From Lobosporangium transversale (lineage: Eukaryota): a stretch of DNA of 64,000 nt. Under the pieces are notes generated by a model. That model was not told where the DNA came from, made no database searches, and was given only the letters and a program-made list of their open reading frames with translations. The DNA is taken from positions 310,001-374,000 of the forward strand of contig NW_019029018.1 of the NCBI RefSeq assembly GCF_002105155.1. The letters run 5' to 3'. Each line of letters opens with the position of its first letter. Position 1 is the first letter of the stretch. Of the stretch, positions 1 to 10,874 are shown one piece after another. The position numbers and the translations under genes are program-made.

Positions 1-1340
1 GGTTCAATGGTTTGAGATTCAATACAGGGCGAAGATCGCCTGTCTTTTTGGGGATGGTAAATATCCGACTGTAAAAGCCTGTAGGGGAAGATACTGTTTC
101 TATTGCTTTTTTGGCCAAAAGACTCACTATCTCTTTCTCTATGGACTCTGTTTCCTTCACTGATAGCTTGTGGGACTTGCTTGGGCTGGATGAGAGTGGA
201 GGTCGCGACTTGAATGGGATCCTGAATCCTTTGGCTATTATGTCTCGGACCCATTGCTCGTCTGTGATCATCGCCCATGCTTGCTGGAATAAGTGATCCT
301 GCCTCCTACTGGTGGTCGGTCGTTTGTTGATGCCCTCGGCCGCGACCCCATTCGCGACCCCTGTTGGAGTTGCCTCGGGCGTTGTAAAAATGCCGGTTAC
401 CGCCACTGATGTTGTTGTTGCTATCAGTCTGGCTCTGCGACTGATTGCTCTGACCTTGATTAGAATAGCTGCTCTGAGTGCTATTTCTAGGGAAATTATT
501 GCTTCGATCATGCCTGTTCCTGTTCGAACCGCTTGCTGTGCTGTTGGAATACAGGTTTCGTTTGATGGATAACAGAAGCCTCTTTTTCTCCAAAAGGGAT
601 TGGGAGTCCACAGCCGGTGTCTTGGCATTGCTTTTCCTGGTAAGCAGCTGTAGACCATGAGCTCTCTCAAGGTTCTGCACTCGGAGGTCGTGGATGTAAT
701 GGCTAATCTGCTTGATATGCTCGATGAGATCGGAAACTCCCTCAATGGCTGATAGCGTGGACCCGTCGGAGCGACTGTCATCTTGCATGGCATCCAAGAC
801 ATACTTGTCCAGGGGCGCGTATGGATAGCCAGCTTGGATTGAATGGACGCCAGATCAGAGTCGAACTGCTGCCGTAACTTGGCGCTGTCAGGCCATGGTA
901 GGTCGGTAATAGGTGGTGCAGAATACTTCTGAAGCTTGTTTTTGGGGGTAAGAACCGATGGTTGTTTGTAATGTGTCCCGAAGGTCCTCATACTGATCTT
1001 TTTTCTCTGGATCAGGGACAAAGAAATCTTTTCTGTCAAAATTTGGGAAAAGTTCGAGGATGGCTTTGTTTGGAATAAAGTTATATGCCTGGGGTTCAGG
1101 AACCAGGGGGTCATGGATGTTAATGGAACTATCGATGTAGCGGCCATCGTTGTTTTCAATTTCAATATCACTCATTAGTGGAACTTCTAAAGTATGCCAG
1201 TGGATGTGTTCCGGAAGGGCGAAAGAAAAGAAGATGCTGATCAATCTTTGTGGCACCATAGTTTTGTAGCAAAAAAATAAAATAAAATAAAAATAAAAAT
1301 TGTTTATTTATATTTAGTGGCTATGGGTTTTGTATAAATC
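1..1340 (-). mobile_element. Partial DIRS retrotransposon copy (inner left ITR, gag, start of RT; runs off window edge)
   Basis: Reverse complement is near-identical to about 36305-37630. The outer ~55 bp of the left ITR are missing. Several 1-nt indels relative to the complete copy. Confidence 0.95.
306..1259 (-). pseudogene. Frameshifted DIRS gag-like ORF1
   Basis: ORFs 888-1259 and 306-797 match the two halves of the 317-aa ORF at 36373-37326. There is an extra C in TACCCCC near 945 and a missing T near 810. Confidence 0.9.
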
Positions 1341-2750
1341 CACTATCGCCCTTCGTGCAGCTTGGTTAATGGGGCGATATTCAGGCGCCATGCCCTGAGC
1401 ACTCCATCGATAAACTAACCCTAAATCAAGGAATTCCCATTCAAAAATTCCTTGTTGTGGGCCCTGGAGCCAGGTAAGAGCACTTTTATCAGCGCTTCAA
1501 TAGTTTGCTCCCTCACGAGTCCTTCGAGCTTGTTGAAGTAATCCCCTGCGTTTTTGGAATACAGATCGTAGTGTTCTTTGTCGTATACTTCTAAACCGCG
1601 GTCGATCTGCTCCACTATGAGATGTCGTCCTTGTATTAACTGATCCAAGCTGGTCAAATCACCTGGTACTCGGTTGGTGACCTTAATAACAGCGTCCTTA
1701 CGACTGTCGAGAGTCCTTTGGGTTGTCAAAGTGAAACGAGCAATGGCAATTTTAAACAGTTTTTCGAACGTGTCTTGCGACAAAGGCCCGACATCAACGA
1801 CATAATCTGGATTCCTGAGGACGGACCTTTCAAACTTTGCAGTGCTCGTGAACACAACACACACTCCACTATTTACACCACTCGTCCAAGTGCTGAAGCA
1901 ACCCAGAGAACGCAGGACAGGAAGCCTACTTGTTGCTGAAGGTACGTTGTCGGGAAACAAAGCACCATGCTCATCGACAATGAAGAGAGTCTTTTTCCCT
2001 TGTTGTTGGAGTAAGTCTCCTAATATGTACTCGGCAATAGCTTCCACACTCCCACAATTTGCCATGGTGGAGAGCTCTTTTGCAGTCAAGATATCCTTAT
2101 TGAGATCTAGGAAGCGTTGACAAATCACTCTTGATGCCCGCACATTCTCCTGACAATCAGCAAGGGTATTTGCGTCAGCGATGTAAAGAACTGGCCAGCC
2201 GTGAGCATATGCCTTAGCGGCAAGAAACCATGTTATATAGGACTTCCCGACCCCTTTGGGCCCAGTCAAACATTTTGCAAACCCCAAACCAGTCTCTTTC
2301 TTCATCTCTTCCCATAATTCCATCATCTGTTCGGTAACAAGGAGGCTTGAATACCTGTTCCAAAGCCTATTGGGCGTTGACCAAGTCTTTCTGTCTCAAC
2401 TTGATCGCCAACCCTAACATTCTTCAGTGATGAGAAGCTCAAGCGACTTTTCGGCTGGCACCAGGTACTATTGAGCATGTCTGTCATGAGCTTGGGCAAA
2501 TATACTGTCTCCCCATTGGCTAAAGTATACAACGGTCCTTTGGGTATCGAGGGGCGACGGCGTTTCGAATAGCGCTCTTTGAGTATATAAGAATAGTGGG
2601 ATGGCGTGAGTATGTAATAAACGAGCATCCTCAAGAATTATCAAAACCATAGATATAGTCGGACTGATCAACTCACCTCTTGAACTCTCGTCTCCTACGT
2701 CTTCTAGGTCCCTTTTTGGGCATCTCGGGGCTGTTTAATATCCATAGAAT
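1341..2750 (-). pseudogene. Crinkler-like P-loop ATPase gene, frameshifted and cut by DIRS copy
   Basis: Walker A GPKGVGKS, FLAAKAYAHGWPVLYIADA, Walker B LFIVDEHG. Continues in another frame as FLDLGLVYRW...AARRAIVDLY up to the DIRS junction. Upstream part (2323-2634) is in a different frame. Confidence 0.75.
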
Positions 2751-3123
2751 AATAAACAAGAGGATAGTTAGATATGGGGCTTTGATAAAAGCTATGACGA
2801 TGTAATACACTATCCAATGATCATGTTGCCACATGCTTCATCAACTGAAAATATCAACAACCAGTCCGTCGAGAGTGCAATTCGCGAATTGAAAATTCTA
2901 ATAATCATTTGATCAAACCAGCACCTACAGCTGATCGATGTAAATGAACCCGAACCACGAACAAAAAAAAAAAAAAAAAAAAGAAAAACAACGCTGTGAA
3001 AGGACGAAAAAAATAGCAGTGGGAGTCTGAAGATGTGTACGGCCATGGGGAAGACTTTTTAAATTCTTTTATAGAGAAGAAGTCCAAAGTCGCCCCAGTT
3101 AAATAGTTAAGCCGAGATACATC

Positions 3124-3525
3124 TCAACAACATAAAAAAGAGAGGAGATACCACATGACCGTGTTGGGACAGGAATAAGTTTCATCAGTTGAAAACATAA
3201 TCATCAGTTCACCAAGAGCTAAATACATACCTTGCGGCGCCTGCTTGCCAATAACAGATGCCGTTCGGCTGGTCATCACGTCCAACTTATCTGAACAACC
3301 GGGAGAGATATTTACGGCAAAAGATCTTGCTTTCCTCTCAGCAATGCAATGTATTGTTGGCTTGGCTGGCTCGGGGATTTTGGGCTCATGCTTGGTTGGC
3401 TTGGGGATTTTGGGCTCATTAGTGCTTGAAGACCCTTCGTTCGCTTCTCCTTTTCTTTCTTCTTTCTTTCCATACGGTTTATTTTGAGTATTTGGAAGTA
3501 GTGATGATGTTTCGCTGTTTCCCAT
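3124..3525 (-). CDS. Hypothetical protein (possibly first exon)
   Basis: 133-aa ATG ORF with MG start and a short EPKIP repeat; no recognised domain. Confidence 0.3.
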   Translation of the reverse strand: MGNSETSSLLPNTQNKPYGKKEERKGEANEGSSSTNEPKIPKPTKHEPKIPEPAKPTIHCIAERKARSFAVNISPGCSDKLDVMTSRTASVIGKQAPQGMYLALGELMIMFSTDETYSCPNTVMWYLLSFLCC

Positions 3526-6500
3526 TGTGATCTCGAAACTTGTTAAAACAAAGGAAAATGGACAGAGAGCAGAGAATAGGGATATTAGATAGGAATATTA
3601 AAGGATTTAATTGTAGTAGCAGGATGGTTCAAAGTTTTGAAGTTGTGATAGAGGAAAGAAAATAAAAAGTTGTATGCGCGAAGCAAGGATGACGTTTTAT
3701 ATCACCATGATAATAAATTGTTTCAGTCTCGCCACCAGTTCACCGGTCCGAGGTTGAAGCTCACGTGAGGACAAACGCGTATTGCAATTTGTGACCATCT
3801 TAGGTTGATTGCTTATTGGATTCTCCAAAAATTGAAGTCAAAATCATATCGGAATTCACCTTTTTTACTATGTGTCTCACTGTCGATTTTGCCAAAGGTT
3901 GTTGAACCATTACACCCCCACGCTTTAATATAAAATGACATTTACTCTATGTGCTTGCAATGTTTTATCCTAATTAATATAACTTACTATGTATTATGGA
4001 GCTGAAGTTCAATAGGACAAAGAGAGGTCTTTATATCTGAATAGACGATATCTTATATACTCTAAGGTATCGTCTGTACCATGTGAGTCTATTTGGTGCA
4101 TAGTGAATCCTGTCCATTCTAAGTAGCCTCTCTGGACGGCAGCTGTTCAAGGGATGCTAACCAAATCTGCTAACACGGTTAAATCAGGACAGACTTGGAG
4201 AACCAGTAAGCACCGAACAGTCGCCAAACAAGAAGTAATCAGACTTTCTCCATTGGAGATTACAAAAAAACTTGGTGAGTTTACTATTATTATTACTATT
4301 ATTTTCTTTTAAGCATAGCCTCTCTAGTGCTTGAAAGCTAATACGATCGCTTTTTTATTTTTTTATTTTCTTTTTAACCTGTTTCGCATTATTACTTGAC
4401 CCTTATCAAATGCATACGTAAGAGCTATTACGCTGGAATAAAAGCATAAAGAGTTCTAAAGTGTTCTACCTTGCGTTCGGAACTCGCACTGCTATAGACA
4501 ATAGCCGCTTGAAGTGACCCTGTGTTCTATTTACTCAAAATGCCAAAGTAATCTTCACAACCGACTCATTTTACTCCTGTCAATATGCTTCTCAAAAAAG
4601 TGGGAGTTTCTTTTTCGTATACGGATATTTCTTTTGGCATGGTGTGGTATGATATGTCTTGATATGGTGAAAGACTCTTTTTAGGCCTGCGACTAGCTCA
4701 GGGTAAGCGCTTTACTGTAAAAATATATTCGAAAAGCATTCGTTCTTTATTCTTATAAATGTCACAAGGGTAGCGCTATTATTTCAGTTAATGTCAGATA
4801 TCCAAATGAAGTGTTGTGTATTGAAGAAGACATTTCATTCCTAATCCGCCTTGAAGCATTTTTTTGTTTTATTTGGTAATGCATAAACTAGACCTGCTAC
4901 TATAACAGAATGAATCCTGGAAGCCTTCTCTACCCTCTCATGCAAATCCAAGTGGACGCTATCCATGTGCTTGTTGAAGCTCTCTTTTGGCCTTTTAAGT
5001 TCGCCATCCCTTGATGCCAATATGAGATAACATTTACAAGCAATGGTGGTGATGCAATACAGCCATTAATATACCTCTGTGGAGGCTCCCTCACCTCTCC
5101 CCTCAAGCCGGTGTTCGAAGGGCTCGAAGCTGCGATTTGCTTTTCATGGATGCGAGATGGGAGGCTACATATAAAAAGTATTAAACTGTATGGATTGTAT
5201 ATAAAACAAAATAAAAAGTGCTAATAAGTATTTCTGGGCATTCATACAGGTAGTCGCTATTGGACGCCAACATAGTGAGCACTTAAACAGCGCTGGGTAA
5301 TCAGCGTCTGGTAGATGTGGATAGAGGGAGAAAGGGAGGAGTCGTATCATTCATTCGACTATGAAATGTTCTAGTTGGAATGAAGACACTATAAGTTGCT
5401 GCTAGACACTAATTTTAAATAAAGAAAGCAACACGCTGTCACTGTTGAAGGGGCCCATGTTAATCTACAATCACCTTTGAAGTTTTTTTGAAAGGTCAAT
5501 TTCCAGGCTTTTTTTTTTTATTAAAAAAAAAAAAAGGCTACACTTATATTGTTGGTGAGTGTTTCCTTCCGTTGCCTTTGTCAACTTTATCCATAGCCTA
5601 ATTGTCTTTGCTAGGTTTTAGTCTTTTCATTTTTCTTTTTTTTTTTAGTAAAAAATAAAATAAAATAGCTTACTCGCAACATAAAGAATTGTTTAAACTT
5701 ACATAGTTATATGTATGTGGAAGCTTGATAGAGTGTTGCCTTGCTTCGTATCAAATCTAGACAAGGAGAATTATCGACCCACGCACAGCCTTCAAAGCAT
5801 CATCAAATATAGATCAGCTCCCGAGCCTGCTCCCCAGTCAGATACAAGGATGTTCCGAATGCTTCAATGTTACACCGACTACCGACTCTTGCTGAGGTTT
5901 CATTTGCCTAGCCCCGCTTGTTGACTCTGGGGATAGAGATGATGTCGGACTTAAATCAGTACTTTGCTGCTGCCTACTGATTTCTGTATAAAATTGCTGG
6001 TGGTGGCACAAGGGGTTTAGGAGGAGGCCCACCTCTGCAAACATGCTTTGACGACTAGCCATGCTAGTGACGACAGTCAACAGAGCCAGGTTTCCCTCTT
6101 TTGTTACGAAGAAATGAGACATCCGATTTGTTGTGGCCATAAAGGCGTATGGCTACCTGAACCGAGATAGTTCCATTAGAACCATTGCTAAGTAGCCCTT
6201 CCCTTGGCTTTAACACAGTTGAAGCCCCTTCATAATAGAAACATATTTAAAAGGGCTGGGCGTGTTGGGTTGTTTCACGAATAAGTGCATGTATGTTCAG
6301 AGGTCCTAGCCCTGCTCCCGCTCCTGACCCTGGCATTTCGCGCAATGAAGGAACAGCATACTCCTAACTTTGCTTCGCACTAAAGGATTAAAAACAATAT
6401 ACCGAATTTGAATAAATACAATAAATACTATACAACTCGATTGTGCGATAAAGTGACGGATGGAAGATCGCGTTCCAGATCTTATTGGCTAGGCAAGCTA

Positions 6501-6824
6501 TTGTTGATTGTGGTTTAGTGATGAGCTGAGTAAGGTAAGAAAGGAGTACTAGGACTTTCTTTTTTGAAAAGAGCTTAAAAAAATAAAAGTAAAGATGACG
6601 CGAATATTTGCGTTCAAAGAATTTCACATGACTTATGACCTTGTTTCGCCACCAAAAAAAGGTGCATAAAAAGCTTTTTTTTTTTCCTTTTTCTCCTTCC
6701 TCTCTTTTCTTCTTTCTTTTTCTCTCGACGCACTCCACCTTTTCCCATCCACAGGAACAGGATCCAACCCAATCCAAGGCCCAAAGCTAAGTCGAAAAGA
6801 AAAGTGTTATTGAAGTTTTTTTGA

Positions 6825-6858
<34 letters not shown>

Positions 6859-7511
6859 TGTTATTTTTATTCGCTCCTCTCAGAATCCGCCCATCCTTGT
6901 TCGCGGCCTTCACCCCATCTTGCGTCTATAATACCCGGCTGGGTTGGGATGCTACGCTGTGACCATCCATATTTCCTTTTGATTGCTTGCTAGCCATCTT
7001 TTCACTACTTCCAGATGTAAAAGAGTTCCTGGTTGGCGTCGCAAAAGTGGGTTTTCTTGACATATCTTTGTAAGCCAGGGCTTTTTCCACGGGTGATTCC
7101 ATGAGAACTTGTCCCACGTTGACCTGATGGGGCCGAGACCCGTTGCTTGCTCTGACGAGAGCCTGCGGGCTTGACTTTCGTTAGTTGATGGCAAGGCTTT
7201 TTAAGCTCTAAGTTCATCTAGCTGCATCAAAATGTGGAGTATGCGATACAATATTGTGGTTTACTTTCTTTTGTGCCACTGGCTTGTAGCTATGCTAAAT
7301 TATAGAAAAAACAAAAAACTCTTTATTTGGTCTCTTGGCTCTTGTTGCTTGTGTGTATCAGAAATTGCACTTTTCGAATCCCTCTGGCACTGACGACCTT
7401 TGGTTCAATCTTTGCTACCGGTTCATCAACTTTTCTCACTTGCATTCTGTGTTCACTTCAACAGCGCTGATTTTACGACAGCCTCTACTCCTTATACGCT
7501 TTGTGCCCGTC

Positions 7512-7788
7512 AGAACTCTGTCGGTGGATTCTGTAGAGTTATATAACATGATGAATGCAAAAAGGGTTGGATACTTACTCCTCTCTTATTCTGACCAGCA
7601 CCTTCACCATTTGCCACGAATATGTTTTAGCCGCATATAACTGCTAGCTCAAACCCAGTATATATTGTAGCCTCATGTAACTTTGGCAAATACCGCTTGC
7701 AGCTACGCATTTATCGGGGAAAAACATATTTGTGGCCAAATGGCATAGGACTGGAATGATGAGAAAACGCATTCTGAGCAAGGGTTCT
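7512..7788 (+). ncRNA. Box C/D-type structured RNA candidate, copy 1 (divergent 5' part)
   Basis: ATGATGA 7548-7554, CTGA 7591-7594, ATGATGA 7756-7762, CTGA 7774-7777. Internal inverted repeat CCATTTGCCACGAATATGTTTT / AAAACATATTTGTGGCCAAATGG. Confidence 0.65.
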
Positions 7789-8438
7789 TTTTTTATTTTT
7801 ATTATTTTTTTCCTTTCTTTTATTGTTTTTATTTTTTATTTTTTATTTTTTCTTTATTTTATTTTTTTTATTTTATTCTTTTTTCTTTATTTTTTTTATT
7901 TTATTCTTTTTTCTTTATTTTTTTTATTTTTTTCTTTTTTCTTTTTTCTTTTTTCTTTTTTCTTTATTTTATTTTTTTTATTTTATTCTTTTTTCTTTAT
8001 TTTTTTTATTTTATTCTTTTTTCTTTATTTTTTTTATTTTTTTCTTTTTTCTTTTTTCTTTTTTCTTTTTTCTTTTTTCTTTATTTTATTTTTTTTATTT
8101 TATTCTTTTTTCTTTATTTTTTTTATTTTTTTCTTTTTTCTTTTTTCTTTTTTCTTTTTTCTTTTTTCTTTATTTTTTTATTTTTTATTTTTTATTTTTT
8201 TCTTTATTTTGTTCTTTTATTTTGTTCTTTTATTTTTTCTTTATTTTGTTCTTTTATTTTTTCTTTATTTTGTTCTTTTATTTTTTCTTTATTTTGTTCT
8301 TTTATTTTTTCTTTATTTTGTTCTTTTATTTTGTTCTTTTATTTTTTTTTATTTTTTTTTTGTTCTTTTATTTTTTTTTTTGTCCTTTTATTTTTTTATT
8401 TTTTATTTTTCAACTCTCCTTTAACCTTTTATTTTTAG
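7786..8438. repeat. T-rich low-complexity tract built from short tandem duplications
   Basis: About 650 bp of T with interspersed A/C, including repeated TTCTTTATTTTGTTCTTTTATTTT-like units. Confidence 0.95.
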
Positions 8439-8447
8439 GACTAGCGT

Positions 8448-8697
8448 TGGGGTCTAATATGATGAATACACAGACGGATAACCCGCAGTTACCGCCACTC
8501 TGACCATAAGCCTCACCATTTGCCGCGAATATGTTTTAGCCGCATATAATTGCTAGCTCAAACCCAGTATATATTGTAGCCTCATATAGCTTTGGCAAAT
8601 ACCGCTTGCAGCTACGCATTTATCGGGGAAAAACACACGCGCGACCAAATGGTGTAGGTCTGGAATGATGAGAAAACGCATTCTGAGCAAGGGCCCA
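8448..8697 (+). ncRNA. Box C/D-type structured RNA candidate, copy 2
   Basis: ATGATGA 8459-8465, CTGA 8500-8503, ATGATGA 8665-8671, CTGA 8683-8686. Imperfect terminal stem TGGGGTCT/AGGGCCCA. Confidence 0.7.
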
Positions 8698-8701
8698 CCT
8701 G

Positions 8702-8938
8702 GTTCTTTTTATTTTATTTTTTCTTCTTTTTTCTTTTCTTTTTTCTTTTCTTTTTTCTTTTTTCTTTTTTCTTTTCTTTTTTCTTTATTTTTTTATTTTT
8801 TATTTTTTTCTTTATTTTGTTCTTTTATTTTGTTCTTTTATTTTTTTCTTTATTTTTTTCTTTTCCTTTTCCCTTTTTTCTTTAATTTTTTCTTTTTTCT
8901 TTATTCTTTAATTCCCCTTTAACTTTTTTATTCTTTAG
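8702..8938. repeat. T-rich low-complexity spacer (shorter homologue of 7786-8438)
   Basis: Same composition, same GGTTCTTTT start and CTTTAAC...TTTAG end. Confidence 0.9.
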
Positions 8939-8947
8939 GTCTAGCGT

Positions 8948-9198
8948 TGGGCTCTAAAATGATGAATACATAGACGTGTAACCCACAGTTACCGTCGCTC
9001 TGACCATAAGCCTCGCCATTTGCCACGAATATGTTTTAGCCGCATATAATTGCTAGCTCAAACCCAGTATATATTGTAGCCTCATGTAACTTTGGCAAAT
9101 ACCGCTTGCAGCTACACAATTATCGGGAAAAAACATACTCGCGACCAAATGACATAAGACTGGGGATGATGAGAAAATCCATTCTGAGCCAGAGCCCA
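8948..9198 (+). ncRNA. Box C/D-type structured RNA candidate, copy 3
   Basis: ATGATGA 8959-8965, CTGA 9000-9003, ATGATGA 9166-9172, CTGA 9184-9187. Perfect 8-bp terminal stem TGGGCTCT (8948-8955) / AGAGCCCA (9191-9198). Confidence 0.75.
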
Positions 9199-10454
9199 TT
9201 GCGATTGTTTCTTTGTTATTCTTATTACTTCTATTCCTTTTATTCTGTTTACCATGTCACCTAATATCGAAGTACAAATGGTTCTAAAGATCGTCTTTCT
9301 TCTTCTTTTTCTAATTAGCGCAAGCAAGCAGAGTAGTGTTGCTTCAGTAGTTATGTTGCTATTATCTATGAAATAAAACTAATATTACTCTACTTTGAAG
9401 ATGGTGGTGATACTCAATGTTAATATCAACTTAAGAAGGAATAAGCCCTTGCAGGTGCCCTTAGGTGAATAGGATGTTGGAAGCTGTAGGGTACTCTGGA
9501 CAATCATGGACTAAGGAAAGAGCATGTTCTGGACTGAAGCAAGCTGACTCTTGTTGAGGTAAATGTAGTACTGAAGCTGTGCATGTACGAGCTGCAAGAC
9601 CAATGACATCTCTAAGGCCTGTGACCCTTACTCATAATAGACCAAGTACAAAGGGATTGACACCTTGATGAACCTACCGTGATTCTATCGTGATAGGGTA
9701 GGTTCAGCACATATTAAAAAGGGGTATGTGAACGCGTCTGCACATTACGGCTTCGCCACGCGTAAATTCTGATGGTTCATTATAGTGTAACAGTTGGTAA
9801 AAAAAAAGTTTAGGTTGGCAAATTGAGTGAATACCCCACACGAAACCTCACATTCGCTTGTTATACAAATCTCGCCTCATGACGGCGCCAGACTTGTTCC
9901 AGTCCGTCAAACTCCATACCACTAATAGTGTCATTCTATTCAGGATTGGCAGTGGAATAGAACCCTAATATTTTACGAATGTATAGATTTTAGTATATCA
10001 GGACTAGTATACTGATACTGGAGTTGAGTGCTATTGGAACAGTCCACTGTTGCACAAATTTTAGTAGGGCGTAGGTATACTCCATGGACAAACAAATATG
10101 CATTGGCACCAACACAAAAAACCAATGTTCACAAATAAACACACAAAAATTGGGCCGCATAAAACTAATCTTGAGTGATATTAGAATCGTTTTCATGATA
10201 TATAATATTTTGGCTCATACAATAGCCTGCAGAAATTCCATGCAAAAGGAAGCTTGTCCTCTTTGCAACTCTAGGCTGTGTGCAGCATACGTATGAGACG
10301 CTTGGTATAATGATACAAATCCTTGTATTTCTTGGTTTAAACGGATTTTAATATCATTGCAAAGATGAGGGACGATAGGCCAAAATATTAGTGTCGCGAA
10401 AACGATCCTAGTGCCACTTTACATGGATTTTGTGTGAGTCAGTTCTTGTATTCG

Positions 10455-10650
10455 GTGAAGCATACCGATATACTTGATATACTTTTCATACGAACATGGT
10501 TTTTTTTACCGATGTTTCAGCGGGGTCTGTGGTTAGGTTTTCCATATACGAAACATCAGTAAATTTTAGTAAACGTTGGCATAGAGTTTACCTTTTTTTT
10601 TACCTAAAAAATGCTCATGTTCGTATGAAAAGTATATCGGTATGCTTCAC
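10455..10650. mobile_element. MITE-like inverted-repeat element
   Basis: ~35-bp terminal inverted repeats GTGAAGCATACCGATATACTTTTCATACGAACATG (left arm has a 9-bp duplication) and an inner IR TTTACCGATGTTTC/GAAACATCAGTAAA. No clear TSD. Confidence 0.6.
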
Positions 10651-10820
10651 TAATTGGGAGATCGGTTCTTCATTTACAAATTTGTAAGTAAAACATTCAT
10701 AGTTTTCGTATGCTTGAGCATATTCATGAATATTTAAACTAATTTCGGCTTGCTACAGACCAAGGGATATTGTTGTGTATGTTCTTATTGCTTGCAGGCA
10801 CCCTATCTAAGATGAAACCA

Positions 10821-10874
10821 GGTAAATGAGCCTCACAAGGCGAAGCCGTCGGCTGTTCGTCCACGTTCACCTAG
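10821..10874 (+). mobile_element. Helitron-like 3' terminus remnant
   Basis: 27 bp match (2 mismatches) to the subterminal sequence of the Helitron at 36184, short GC-rich hairpins, ends CTAG followed by T. Confidence 0.5.

Noticed and set aside
7732..8922. Long Phe-rich ORFs (230, 226 and 85 aa)
   Set aside because: Artefacts of T-rich low-complexity DNA that lacks stop codons.
7512..9198. CRISPR or TIGR-type array
   Set aside because: Units are ~250 nt with low-complexity spacers, there is no cas or Nop-domain gene nearby, and the context is eukaryotic.
7512..9198. U3, telomerase RNA, RNase P/MRP or SRP identity
   Set aside because: No U3 box A/B, no CTAACCCTAA-type template, and no P4 or SRP helix 8 motifs seen.
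9669..9706. 10-bp hairpin TGAACCTACC/GGTAGGTTCA
   Set aside because: Isolated, with no second copy or context in the window.
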